A stretch of 64,000 nucleotides of DNA from Squalus acanthias (taxonomy: Eukaryota), in assembly GCA_030390025.1 (NCBI GenBank), contig JASTWF010000235.1, positions 310,001 through 374,000 on the forward strand. Reading direction: 5' to 3'. A program made the translations under genes and the position numbers. The notes under the pieces were generated by a model. The model saw nothing but the letters and a program-made list of their open reading frames with translations, had not been told where the DNA came from and did not search any database. Shown here piece after piece: positions 41,020 to 53,299 of the stretch; positions within the stretch are counted from its first letter, which is position 1; every line of letters starts with the position of its first letter.

Positions 41020-41555
41020 AGAGTTAACCAAGTGGCCCACTACCCTGCTCTTTCGCCATAGCCCTATAATTATTCCCCTTCAAGAAATTATCCAATTCTC
41101 TTTTGAATGTTACTAATGAATCTGCTTCCACCACCGTTTCAGGCAGTATATCCCAGATCACGAAAACTCGTTGTGCAAAAAAATGTTTCCTCATGTCACC
41201 TCTGGTTGATTTGTCAATCACCTTGAATCTTTGTCTTGTTGTTAACGACACTTCTGCCACTGGAAGTAGTTTATTCTTATTTACTCTGTCAAAAGCTCTC
41301 ATGATTGTGAACACCTCCTCCTAAACTCTTCTAACCGTCTCTGCTCTAAGGAGAACAACCCCGGCTTCTCCAATGTCTCAACATAACTGAATTCTCTCAT
41401 CCCTGGTGCCATACCATTAAATCTCTTCTGCACCGTATCCATGGTGCGGGCATAATTCCTAAAGTGTGCTGCCCAGACATGAACGCCACACTCCAGCTGA
41501 GACCTAATCAGTGTTTTATAAATGTTCAGCATAATTTCCTTGCTTTGGTACTTTA
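41020..41555 (-). mobile_element. Degraded CR1 3' fragment
   Basis: Minus ORFs YKTLIRSQLECGVHVW and HFFAQRVFVIWDILP. Confidence 0.8.
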
Positions 41556-43339
41556 TTTCACTCTTAATAAGGACTCCTCCCTCCAGTCGAAAATCAAACT
41601 TTCACCACTACACTCTGCTTTCTGTTCCAATGCTGTTTCCGTGCTGTAGGCCGTCGTAAACCATCAGGAAGGCCCCAAAAGTTCCGGGTTTCTGCATACG
41701 CTGCGCATGCGCGAAAACATGGAACTTGTGATATGCCAAGGCTTGCCTTGAAAGATCTACCGCACCGCCCCAAAAAACACTATTGCTGGCACAGAGCTGG
41801 GCTGTTTGCCTAACGGCTACAAAGAAAATCCCCATGAAAGCCTTACATCTGGTAAAAGCGGGCATCGGGCTTGCTTTTACCAGCGTAGTGGTAAATATAA
41901 ATCTTAAATTAAAACATTTAAAATTAAGAATCATGCACAGACATTTTAAAATTAGTTTATGTAAATTATGGCCCGTAGTAAAATGTTTAAAATAATTTTT
42001 CAAAAGCTTTATTTTTATTCTATATGCTTTATTGAAGGGACTTTAATGAAATTTCAATATGGGAAAAATCATATTTATTCCAGTTCCATAAATCATTTAA
42101 TTATTTGGCGCCTCCTCATATGCTTATGTTCATTCCGTCCATAAATGGAATCGCCCTAAGCACATTAGGAATCCTCCTTTGTGATTGGAGGACCGGGCCG
42201 ACGTGATCCGAGAGACACTTCAAAACTCCCTGCGTCACTGGGATCCGTGGGTCTTTACGCAGGCGTACGACCGCAGGCCCAGGACCCGAATTCTCCGAAG
42301 GCTGGGAGACTGAATGTAAATGGGGATTTTTTTTATCGTGTCGGAGGAGTACTCCTTAGGTACACCTCCGACAGCAATTTCCGGATCTGTATCTTCAGTA
42401 ACCAAGGAGCTCTAGCTTTGGATGCGCTTCCTTTTCCCCTCATGGGAATGTGTCAACTATCCACCACAACCATCTCTCCTTTGAGGGCCGCCCATTGTTC
42501 AATTACTATTTTGCCTTCCAATATTTTGATGCCAATCCACCTGGACGAGATCCCTTTTCAACTCACTGAAGTTAGCCCTCGTCCAGATAAGCATTTATGT
42601 GCTTGATTTGTATCTTGATTTGTACGTTGTCCTTTCCTATAACTATTCTAAACCTGATTATATTATGGTCACTGTTCCCAAATGCTCTCCCACTGAAATG
42701 TGCTCCACTTGCGTTCTGCCTCAGTTGTACAGACACTTGAAGTAAGTATAGGTGCAGCAGCGAAAATAGCCAAACTAAACTTCAAAAACATATATCTACA
42801 TAATATTACTCATTCTGAAATGGCTAGACATAGTCAGGCCTGGAGTATTGGAGACAGTACCCCATTAACCGTTCTTGAGAAGCGATAAGAAATAGGGTAA
42901 GTATATATTAAATCAGTCAATAATACGGAGGGGAATGGTATGCATAGGCGTGTGTTTTGGATGTACGGGGAATGGATAAGGTTTCAAATGCTGACTCATG
43001 TGTGGAATGTCCGAGTGTAATAAACAACCTAAGATATCAGAGGCATTGACAGAAAATGGTAGCAGTTAACCTTACCACTAAACGAGCTTTCGTATCAACG
43101 GCATACAGACAGAACATGGTGCTCTCTGGTACACACATTTATCCTACGTAACTAAAGATATAATAGGTATAACACACCGGAGCTTATGGGGAACTTGAAT
43201 CCTGAAGATGTCCTTGGTGTGTGAGATGTGTTGCCTATATCTCAAATGCACTGCATTCAAGGGGTTGTATCTTACTGACTTGATGTATTAAACTAAATTA
43301 AACAGACGTTTCAGTGTTTCTTAGTCCTCGAAGTTGTTT

Positions 43340-44900
43340 CCACTTGCCAAAACTAGGAGCCGTAAATATAAGATATCCAATAATGAATCCAAGATGAATT
43401 CAGGAGAAATGTCTTTACTGAGCGAGTGGTGGGAATGTGGAACTAGCTACCAATGGCGTGGCTGAGGTGAATAGAATAGATACATTTAAGGGGAAGCTAG
43501 AGTAAATGTGAGTCAGAGGAATAGAAGGATATGTTGATAGGGTGAGATGATGTAACGTGGGAGGAGGCTCGTGTGGAGCATAAATACTGGTAAAGCGCTA
43601 TTGCGCCGAATGGCCTGTTTCCGTGCTGTACATTTCTCTGTAATTCTGTGTAATAAAGGTCAACATTCCATTAGCCTTCTTGATTGATTTTTGTATCTGT
43701 TTACTAGCTTTTGTGCACGTGGACTCTCACATCTCTTTGTTCTGTTACAGTTCGTACTTTCTCAGCATTTAGAAAATACTGCGATTTATTTTTCTTGGGT
43801 AGAATGTGGATGATCTCACACTTGCCCACAGTGATCGCCATTGGCCATAGTTAATCTGTCTCTGTCCCTCTGAAACTTTCTGCCCCCATTTTCACTACTT
43901 ACTCTCCCTCATAATTAGTGCCATCTGCAGACTTGGATATACAGCTGTCTACTCCTTCAGCCAAGACAGTAATAAATATGGTGAGAAGTTGAGTGGCCAG
44001 AACATAGGCCTGGGGAATGCCACTTGTCCGATCCTGTCAATTTGCGTACATACCCTTTACCCCCACTGTCTCTGTCCTACTTTTTGCTACTATTTTTTTG
44101 TGTGGAACCTTATAGAATGCTTTCAGGAAGTCCATTTGGATGACATCCATAGACACGCCATTGCTTTTCTTATTAGTGACCTCCTCAAACATTAAACTCG
44201 ATTATTCAGTCCTGACTTACCCTTAAAAAAGACCACGCTGGATCTCTCTGATCAGCTGATATCCGTTGGCGTGCTCACTCACTCTTTCCTCCAATGACAG
44301 ACTCTAGCAGTTTCACCACAACTGACAGGTATGAGGTTACTTGGTTTCTCTGTCCCTCCCTTCTTAAATAATGGAGTGATATTAGCAATTTTCCAACCTA
44401 ACTGCACAATTCCTGAATCAAGAGAGCATTGAAACATTCTGACTAACACGTCTGCAAATTCATCACCTATTTATTTTAGTAGGCTGAGGTGGAAACCATC
44501 AGGACTTGGTGGTTTATTTATCCTAAGTCTCATTATTTTCTCCATTACCGATTGTTTTTGCTAATATTGAATACTTTAATTTCCTCTCCTTTATTTATTT
44601 TAGTTTCCCTTCCATTACCTGGTAATTTATACTCTTCCACTACTGTGAAAACGGATCCAAATCAGTCGTCTAATAAATCTTGCATGATCTCGTTATTTAT
44701 TACAGTATTAGCTATGTTGGTCTTTAATGGGCCTACAGCTCGCATAGCCACTGTCTTACTGTTAATACACTCATAATTTTTTTCACTGTAAGTCTTTCTA
44801 TTACTTGGAAGTTTTTTGTATTCTCTTATTACAGCACTTAATATTGTCTTTGTGTCTCTTTGTTGTTTTCTCTCAGTCTCCAAGTCCTCTGGATTGCCAC
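43340..44900. mobile_element. Degraded CR1 fragments (+ tail ~43340-43650; - RT region ~43655-44900)
   Basis: Nucleotide resemblance to CR1 RT and tail motifs (AATGCTTTCAGGAAGTCCAT, TCTGCAGACTTGGATAT, AAATGTCTTTACTGAGCGAGTGGT). Confidence 0.65.
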
Positions 44901-45171
44901 TTTACTTGACATTTGTGTAAGGTTATTACCCTATAATGTATTAGAAGTGAAACGTGATTGATTATTTGCAAAGATCGGCTCAGTGAAGCCAATAAGAAAA
45001 TATTGAGAGGAAAAAGATCAAGTGAACCACCTCGGAAATGGAATGGACTTTGAGATAATCGACTTTCAAAGTCAGGAGGATGACCCAGGCCTGACGCTGC
45101 TGAAGACAGTGTCAAGAACACAGGCTTCAGGAGGAAGGGGAAATACCATTGCTGAAGTCTGCGCTGAGTTT

Positions 45172-45480
45172 AAAAAAGAAAGAAGGAAACACTTGCATTT
45201 CGGCAGCGTCTTTCATGACCTCAGGACATCCCAAAGCGCTTTACAGCCAATGAAGTACTTTGGAAATGTAGTCACTGTTATAATGTTAGGAACGGGCAGG
45301 TAATTTGTGTACAGCAAGCTCCAATATACAGCAATGTGATAATGACCAGATAATCTGTTTCAGTGATGTTGATTGAGGGATAAATATTGGCCAGGAGAAT
45401 TCTCCTCTTCGAAGTAGTGCCATGGGATGTTTTACATCTACCCGAGAGAGGAGACGTCTCATCCGAAAACCCCACCAGAC
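45172..45480 (-). mobile_element. Deu-domain SINE fragment
   Basis: Reverse complement of the 53300 SINE body (CAGCAATGTGATAATGACCAGATAATCTG; ACGTCTCATCCGAAA). Confidence 0.8.
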
Positions 45481-47119
45481 AGTGCAGTAGGCAACGCCTG
45501 ATGTAACCTCCAGGTTAAAAAACACAACTTGTTTGTGAGCAACATGGCTCACCGAAGATAAATGCAGTTTTGCTCATCAGAGCCTCGTTTTATGCGACAC
45601 TCGACGCCAAAAGCTTCAACAAAAAGCATTATCGAGGATAATTAATCCGGCTTGACAATTTGATCCACCTCGCGGACACAATAATCACCAACTCCCCCTC
45701 CCGCATTTGAGTTCATTTTAATAACTTGCCTAATGTTTACCTTTTTCATGATTCATTTGAATTCCCGCACAGTTAAGGTTTGCAGTTGTACAATCGCATG
45801 CGCAGGGGTGTGAAGTGGTTGGGGTTTGTACTAGTAGCGAAGGTGCCAGTGCAGTGATGGGGTGTCGTGTGCAGAGTGCTCAATGGATGGGAATGTGTTT
45901 GCAGCGGGTGAGATTGCCAATGCAGTAAATGTGTGCTGTTAAACCAGCTCCAATCGGCAGCGCCAGCTACAGTATAACTGCAGTCCAATGAAGAGGGACA
46001 GTTTAAAATGCCAAGGTTGTACATGGAACTCCTACCCGCTTTAGTCTAACATTACAAAGTATCAGCCCGAAAAATGGAGCTCACGCAATGTCCCTCTGAC
46101 CCTGAACTTTGAGCAATGTGCAGGTGACTGTGTCTCTCACTCAGACATCTGTACATCACCCTGTACATGATGATCCCGACACTGCTACCTGTCCTATAAT
46201 TGTACTCACTGACTCATCTCCTAGTTTTACTTCTTGAAAGTTATTTGAGAACCTCAGTCTATATGTAGCACGGGGCACACCCGATCTCCGATGTTGCGGC
46301 TTCCGCCTACACAACAGATGGTTAATAATTGAGAGTAGAACTGAAGATAGGAGCGAAGAAAACCCGCTCCTATAACATTCCTCTTTCCTTTCCTTAACTG
46401 GGGTTAAACCAAGCAATATATGTGTTAAAACAGCGAACAGAGGAAACGTTTCCGAACGCTGGAAATGCTGCTTCGCCACCGTCATCAGCACTGATCTCCA
46501 GGCGGTGATGTCCGGTGGAATGAATGCTCATCAGAAATCCGGCTGAGTTAATATCAGTAATAATCAGAATGGAAATAACTGTCATGGTGTGAACTCTACC
46601 CTGGTCAATTAACACTTGCATGTTGCCAGGTTAGATTACCAAGGTTATGAATGACAACCCTCACCAGGTGACATCTCTTTTCATGACATGATCGTTATTC
46701 TGGTGTGAATCGAATTATTGGACGCACGTTCCAGCAAATATCGATCACAAACAATTTGGATCGTGATGTCTGGGGAGATTATCGGGAGATTTTGCGCTCC
46801 GGGAGCGCGTATCAAAACATTTCCAGCCAGTGAGTTACCGTCCATGGACATTGATGGGCGGAAAAACGCGCGGGCGGAGCGCAATTTCACGGTTTGTGCT
46901 CCAGGAGCACGAGCACAGGGCAGCAGCGGAAACGGGGCCTTTAACTCTCGCAGAGAGACCAGTATCGGTGGAGTAACTCCACCATGTAGGCCCGTGTGTA
47001 CTGGAAGACTCGGCTACCCTGAAGGGTTCAGAGAGACACGTCTCTGCTCTCAAGGGAAATGTACACACGTGCCTTCCAGTGGGAATATGGTTTGCCGTTT
47101 TTCAGGATGTAGTGCATGT

Positions 47120-49085
47120 TAGAATCATACAATCGTAGAAATTTATTGCACAGAAGGAGGCCAGCGTGTCTGTGCCGGCCGAAAAACATCTTTCCAGCCG
47201 AATGCCAGATTCCAGCTCATGGTCCGTAGCCTTGCAGGTTTCGGTACTTCAAGTGCACATCCAAGTACGTTTTTAATGTGATGAGGGTCTCTGCCTCTAT
47301 GTTCCTTTCAGGTAGTGAGTTCCAGACCTCCTCCACCCTCTGGGTGAAAAAAAGTTCTCCTCAAATCCCTCTAAACCTCCTACTAATTACTTTAAATCTA
47401 TGCCCCCTGGTCATTGACCTCTCTGCTAAGGTAAATAGATCCTTCCTATCCACTCTATCTAGGCCCCTCATAATTTTATACACCTCAACAAGGTCGCCCC
47501 TCAGCCTTCTCTGTTCCAAAGAAAACAACGCCAGCCTATCCAATCTTTCCTCATATTCTCCAGTCCTGGCAACATACTCGTAAATCTCCTCCGTTCCCTC
47601 TCTACTGTAATTAGTTATTCCCTGTAATGCGGTGACCAGAACTGTACGAGGTACCTTAGCTGTGGCCTAACTAGTGTTTTATTTAGTTCAAGCATAACCC
47701 CCCTGCTCTTATATTCTATGCCTCGGCTAATAAAGTAAAATATCCCGTATGTCTTATTAACCACCTTATCTACCTGTCCTGCTACCTTCAGGGATCTGTG
47801 GCCATGCACTCCAAGGATCCTCTTTTCCTCTACATTAGTTGTGTATTCCCTTGCCTTGTAAGCCCCCCACCTCCCCCCCCCCCCGCAAATGTATTACCTC
47901 ACACTTCTCTGAATTGATTTCCATTTACCACTTTGTTGCCCACTTGACCAGTCTGTTGATATCTTCCTTCAGTCCACAGCTTTCTTCATCACTGTCAATG
48001 ACACGGCCAATGTATTTATCATCTGAAAACTTCTTAATCATGCCCCTACATTGAAGACTAACTCATTGATTTATACCACAAAAAGCAAGGGACCCAATAT
48101 TGTGTCCTGAGGAACCCCACACTGGAAATAAACTTCCAGTCACAAAAACACCCGTCGACCATTACACTTTGTTTCCTGCCTCTGAGCCAATTTTGGATCC
48201 AACTTGCCACTTTCCCTTGGATCCCATGGGCTTTTACTTTTCTGACCAGACTGCCGTGTGGGATATTGTGAAAAGCCTTGCTAAAATCCATGTACACTAC
48301 ATGAAACGCACTACCATCATCAACCCTCCTTGTTACCTTCTCAAAAAATTCAACCACGTTAGTCAGACTTGAACTTCCCTTAACACATCCATGCTGACTG
48401 TCCTTGATTAATTGGTGGTATTCTAAGTGACGATTAATAGTATCCCTCAGGTTTTTTCCAGTAATTTTCCCACCACCGAGATTAGGCAGACTGGACTGTA
48501 ATTGCTCGCTCTTTCTTTTTCTCCGTTTTCAAACTAGGATACAACTTTAGCTGTCCTCCAGTCCTCTGGCATCACACCTGTAGACAGAGTGGATTTGAAA
48601 ATTATGATCAGAGTCTCCGCTTATTTCATCCCTTGCCTCTCTTAAGAGCCTGGGATACATTTCATCCGGGCCTGGCGATTTATCTACTTTCAAATATGCT
48701 CAACCCATTAATACTTCCTCTCACACAATGTTTATCTCATTTATTATTTCACACATCCTCCTCCTTAACTACAATGCCTGCATCGTCCGTCTCTTTTTAG
48801 AAGGCAGACGGAAAGTAATGATTAAAAACCATACCCACGTCTTCTGCCTCCCCACACCGTTTACCTTCATGGTCTCTAATAGGCCCCGCTGTTTCTCTTG
48901 CTCTTTAAGTATTTATAAAACACCTTTGGGTTTTCATTGATGTTACTTGCCAATATTTGTTCATGCCCTGTCCTTACGTTCCTAATTTCAGCCCTGCACT
49001 TTCTATACTCCTCTAGGCTTTCTGCAGTATTTGGCTCTCTGCATCTAACATAAGCTTCCCTTTTTGCCTCATCTTGTCTTATGTT
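47120..49085 (-). mobile_element. Degraded CR1, ~2 kb
   Basis: Minus ORFs VYMDFSKAFHNIPH, LVRPQLRYLVQFWSPHY and LEQRRLRGDLVEVYKI. Confidence 0.88.
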
Positions 49086-49464
49086 GTTTCAGTCAGAGCT
49101 ATTGAAGCTGGGTCCTTGTGTTCTGCCACGGAGATAGACCCGCGGTGTCAACTCCAGACAGCTCAGAACCAGATAAAGGCTTTTATCGGGTTAGTGATGA
49201 TGGAGGACATTCCGACCACCCGCCCCATTACTTGAAAGGCACTCAGTCAGATGGACATTGCCCTTTCAACCAGCAGGGATCCATATTCGCATTGGTCGTG
49301 TCGCTGGTACGCAGAGGTTGAATTATGTAATTTTTAAGGTTAGGCAGCTGAAGCCTCAATGCGAAGTAACTAAATTAACAGATGACATCAAGCTAGGAGA
49401 ATTATGGAATTCGCGTATGCAGACAAAATATTAAATAGACAGCTCTCCACGGTATGCACCTAAT

Positions 49465-50590
49465 GCATAGAAATATCTAGAAGTTATAACACGGAATCAG
49501 ACCTTTAGACCCAACCAGTCAGTGTCGGCGTTTACCCTCCACACAAGCAAATAGTTCTAATCACATTTACCCGCCTTTATCCACAGCCCTACAACCCCTT
49601 TCCTACATCCACATTTCCAATCTAATTGTAATTGTTGACATAGTTTCTGCCCCAACCACTAATCCTGGAAGTGAATTCCACAGCCTCATAACTCTCTTTG
49701 TGAAGAAGTTTCTCCTGATTGCTGTTCTAAATCTCTTACATCTAATCTTGTATCTATGGCCCCTCGTTCTTGAGCCCTTAGCCATTGCAAACAGTCTGCT
49801 TATATCTACCCTGTCCCATCTTTCATAATTTTAAACATTTCTATTTTATTGACCCATAATCTAAGTTATCATAACGAAAATTGAGCAATTTTCGAACCTT
49901 TCTTCATGTTTATATTTCATCATACCAGGCAGCATTCTAGTGAATCTGTGTTCTACAATCTTTAAATCCTCAATATCCATATTATCGTGAGGAGCCGAAT
50001 ACTGCACACAGTACTCTAACTGAAGTATTATTCTTACCATTACCTCTTGTTTTTATATTCTATATCTCTTATGATAAAACCTGGAATCCCATCAGCTTTT
50101 TTACAGCCTGATCAAGCTGCGGTGATGCCTCACTCTTCTCTTCCACAGCACCGAGCCTACTTCCATTCAGAGAATCATTACTATTCCTTTTACAAAAATC
50201 CATCAGCTCAGACTTGCTGATGTTGAATTCCATCTGCCACTTTTCAGCTCATTCCTCCATTGTATCAATCTCACTTTGCAGCTTCCGTTGGTCTTCCCAA
50301 TAATTACCTTTGCCTCTTATTTTGGTAAAATGTTCAGATTTTGAAACACTCTCTTTAGGCCCAGACCCAAATCATTGATATACGCGGCGAACGGAAGAAT
50401 CCCCAGAACTGATTCCTGTGGGATTCCTCTACCCACTCCCAACCGCTCTTAATATAATGAGCTCTCTATTGTCTCTCTTCTAATCTCTATTAATCCAGTG
50501 TGCTCACCTCTCCTTAATTCTGTACTCATTACCCGTTACTTAATGTCCGCTGTAGTAACTTGTCAAAGGCTTTCTTAAAGTCCAGTTACA
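49465..50590 (-). mobile_element. Old CR1 fragment
   Basis: Minus ORF RTRGHRYKI...RRNFFTKRVMRLWNSLP plus degenerate RT sequence. Confidence 0.75.
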
Positions 50591-51027
50591 TTACAAACTA
50601 GATTACTAAACATCGAGAGACCACAGCACAAACCAAACTGCAGGTCTGTTTCTATTAACGCGGCCGGTGCCAAGCTGGGGGTTCGTGGTTACCGCGGGGC
50701 GGGCGGTCGGTTTGTCACAGTAAAGGAATTAGAGGTTCAGTAGGAATTATTTGAGTGATCGCTTTTTGCTGCGTTCGCTGTGTCAAGCTGACATATAAGG
50801 GCGGATATTATTATTAATATAGCATTAAAGTATCGCCAAATTATTAACTAGGAATTTATGGAAACACAATCAGTGTGGATGCAAACAAACCAAACACAGT
50901 TACCGTGAAGCGTGTTCTCTATATCTCCACTGATCTGTTCATGTTAATTGGTGCAGATGTCACCATTGTGACGATGGATATCGGGGACACAATGCAGCCC
51001 CTCACAGCCCGTGAGCTATACTCACTG

Positions 51028-51083
51028 CTATTGGTCCCTCACTCCGCCCCATGCAAATGAGCCCAGTCTCTCGAGGCTTATAA
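51028..51083 (+). promoter_or_regulatory. IgNAR V promoter: inverted CCAAT, GC box, perfect octamer ATGCAAAT, TATA-like TTATAA
   Basis: ATTGG 51030-51034, CCGCCCC 51044-51050, ATGCAAAT 51051-51058, TTATAA 51078-51083. Lies ~95-150 bp upstream of the leader ATG. Confidence 0.85.
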
Positions 51084-51176
51084 GGTCGGTGCTCAGACAC
51101 ACACGGTTACACAGAGCAGTCGGTGTTGGGTCTGGAGTTCGCTCTGTTTAAAGTGCTCCCTGCTGGTGAAGAAACA

Positions 51177-51219
51177 ATGAATATTTTCTGGGTTTCGGTC
51201 CTTTTAGCCTGGTTACCAA
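51177..51219 (+). CDS. IgNAR: IgNAR leader exon ([14 protein letters not shown])
   Basis: Typical IgNAR signal peptide, followed by a phase-1 donor A|GTAAGT. Confidence 0.95.
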
Positions 51220-51360
51220 GTAAGTGTTGTTTAATAAAGAGATTAAATGTTAATTGGATAAAATTGTGCGGCAGCGTCTACATTGCGGAAATTGCCCTGC
51301 CTTTAAACTCTCGTATTGTTTCAGATACGCGATGTATTAAATATATTTTTCTCCATTCAG

Positions 51361-51655
51361 ATACCTTCGGTGCAAGAGTCGACCAAACACCAAGAACGGC
51401 AACGAAAGAGACGGGCGAATCCCTGACCATCATCTGCGTCCTAACTGATACCAGCTGTGTTTTGCACAGCACATCCTGGTTCCGGAAAAATCCGGGGACA
51501 ACAGACTGGGAACGCATGTCGATTGGCGGCCGATATGTCGAATCCGTCAACAAGGGAGCAAATTCATTTTCTCTGCGAATCAAGGACCTGACAGTTGCAG
51601 ACAGTGCCACGTATTACTGCAAAGCTCAACCCGGCTACTGGGTGGGTGGAATAAC
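51361..51655 (+). CDS. IgNAR: IgNAR V exon (VNAR with CDR1 Cys, type II-like) with a 29-nt 3' extension
   Basis: Acceptor CTCCATTCAG|, then [100 protein letters not shown]2 is absent, as in VNARs. Confidence 0.97.
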
Positions 51656-51693
51656 CACAGTGATGAATCTTGGATTCCTGTAATACATAAACA
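51656..51693 (+). other. Recombination signal sequence 3' of V (heptamer, 22-bp spacer, nonamer)
   Basis: CACAGTG 51656-51662, spacer 51663-51684, ACATAAACA 51685-51693 (7/9 match to ACAAAAACC). Confidence 0.9.
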
Positions 51694-52019
51694 GTCCCCA
51701 CACCTCTTAATACAAAGTTAATACAGATTATTCTTTCGGTGGCTAATAACCTCACGGTTAAATACTCATTGTCTCTGTCACATACTGGCTGACATATTAA
51801 AGCCTTTTCTCTATTTATTTCTGTGATTTTTCTATCAATGTTATGATCATTTTTATAATGGAACATTGATATTTCTCCAGGACTTTTATGAATAGCTGGG
51901 AATTATAAACATCTACAGGGATCCCAATATAAACGCAATGAATTGAATTTTATTTACTGCAATTTTTAATCAATATCTTGGAATATCTGAAGGATTTTCT
52001 GTGATGTTTGCAACAGTGG

Positions 52020-52087
52020 AGTTCTTGTGCTGGTGTGAAATGATGTGGAGCTGCGGTGACACAGTGACTCGGGCCATAGCACAAACC
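52020..52087 (+). other. IgNAR: IgNAR D segment (coding GAGCTGCGGTGA, 52048-52059) flanked by 12-bp-spacer RSSs
   Basis: 5' RSS AGTTCTTGT-12-TGATGTG (degenerate heptamer, coding-proximal TGTG kept). 3' RSS CACAGTG (52060-52066)-12-GCACAAACC. Frames read ELR*, SCG and AAV. Confidence 0.85.
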
Positions 52088-52398
52088 TCTCCAACAGTTA
52101 TCTGTTTTCCTACTCGTGAAGGTGGCTGCATAATGTGCTTCTTATCAAGGATGTTGCTGCATAGAGCTTGAAATCAATTCCAATTCGACCTTTGCTTGAA
52201 ACCTATCCGCATTCCCTGATGTTAAATCAGTGGATTGTCTTCTTCAGTGTTACAGGAGTTCGCATTGCACATAATGAATATCTGGATGGATAGAAACTGA
52301 CGGAAAATGAAGATATATTAACGACTGCAATATATCGGGAAGGTCCGAGGAGCGGTGATGTTTTGGTGTATTTATTACCGGACCTTTGCTTCAATTGA

Positions 52399-52437
52399 CC
52401 TTTTTGAACTGGGCTGACTGGGAGCTGACATACTGTG
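52399..52437 (+). other. J RSS (nonamer, 23-bp spacer, heptamer)
   Basis: CCTTTTTGA 52399-52407, 23-bp spacer, TACTGTG 52431-52437. Confidence 0.8.
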
Positions 52438-52493
52438 TTACTGTTACTATGGCTACTATGACGGAGCTGGCACCGTGCTGACTGTGAACTCTG
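52438..52493 (+). CDS. IgNAR: IgNAR J segment (YCYYGYYDGAGTVLTVNS)
   Basis: GAGTVLTVN FR4 motif and a phase-1 donor G|GTAAGT. Confidence 0.96.
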
Positions 52494-52689
52494 GTAAGTG
52501 ACCTCTCTTGCTGCTTTATTGCCAAGATTTGGATCCTAGAAGTTATAAAGAATCAGTGTTGTAGTTAAAATGGCCTGAAGCGCAAAATGCAATAGCCGAA
52601 ACTCTTTTTGAAGATTCGGTTAAGTTCACTGTCAATTTATTTGGCATAAACTTAAAGCTGGTTTTCAAAGGAGATTTTGCCCGACAATA

Positions 52690-52792
52690 AAACAAACCCA
52701 TATTTAAATATATAAGTTACCGCCAAATATACCTGTATTTAAATATATAACTCACCCCAAACAAACCTGCATTTAAATATATAACTTACCTG
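52690..52792. repeat. AT-rich short tandem repeat (3 x ~34 bp, core ATTTAAATATATAA)
   Basis: Three copies of the core seen directly. Confidence 0.75.
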
Positions 52793-53299
52793 TTATGCAT
52801 TATTTAAGATGCTTATTTGAATAGATTGTGATAGTTTAAACACTTGAAACGGAACCAGCCCATTAAAGTTACTCCTTACTGAGGTGTCCCAGTACATCGC
52901 TAATATACAGTATTTCTGATTCGAAGAATTAAAACAATTCTGGGGCCAGGAATATTTGCTGCAACCAAGGAATGCATACAACGTGTAATTTAATAAATGT
53001 TGCCTGACAATTTCCTTCCCCTTGGAAAATCACCCCTTATATAAAACAATAACTACTAAATTAAAATCGGCACAGATCCTACAAATATGTTGTCCCTTCG
53101 AATCTTGTCATTTGTGGCTCTGGATTAATGGCGCACACTTCAGTGACCGAGCTGTAACTCTGTGGCAGCTGTTTACATGGAAGCCAGTCCCCTGGACACC
53201 TGTATTTGAGATCATCGACGCGCCTGTGTGTAGATTGAGCGAGCAGCAGAGAACTTGGAAACCACAGTGGGTTTCAGTGTAATAAGTGGGCTCAGTTTT

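Noticed and set aside
46150-46620. Minus-strand peptide ISADDGGEAAFP...YIAWF vaguely like an Ig V-set start
   Set aside because: Lacks the B-strand Cys and DxxxYxC motif and has stops; not supportable.
51123-51683. 186-aa single-exon ORF as the real protein
   Set aside because: It is leader + retained intron + V + RSS read-through. The real start is ATG 51177 with canonical splice sites.
51694-52019. Additional D segments between V and the D
   Set aside because: Only isolated partial heptamers (TTCTGTG, AACAGTG at 52012) without properly spaced nonamers.
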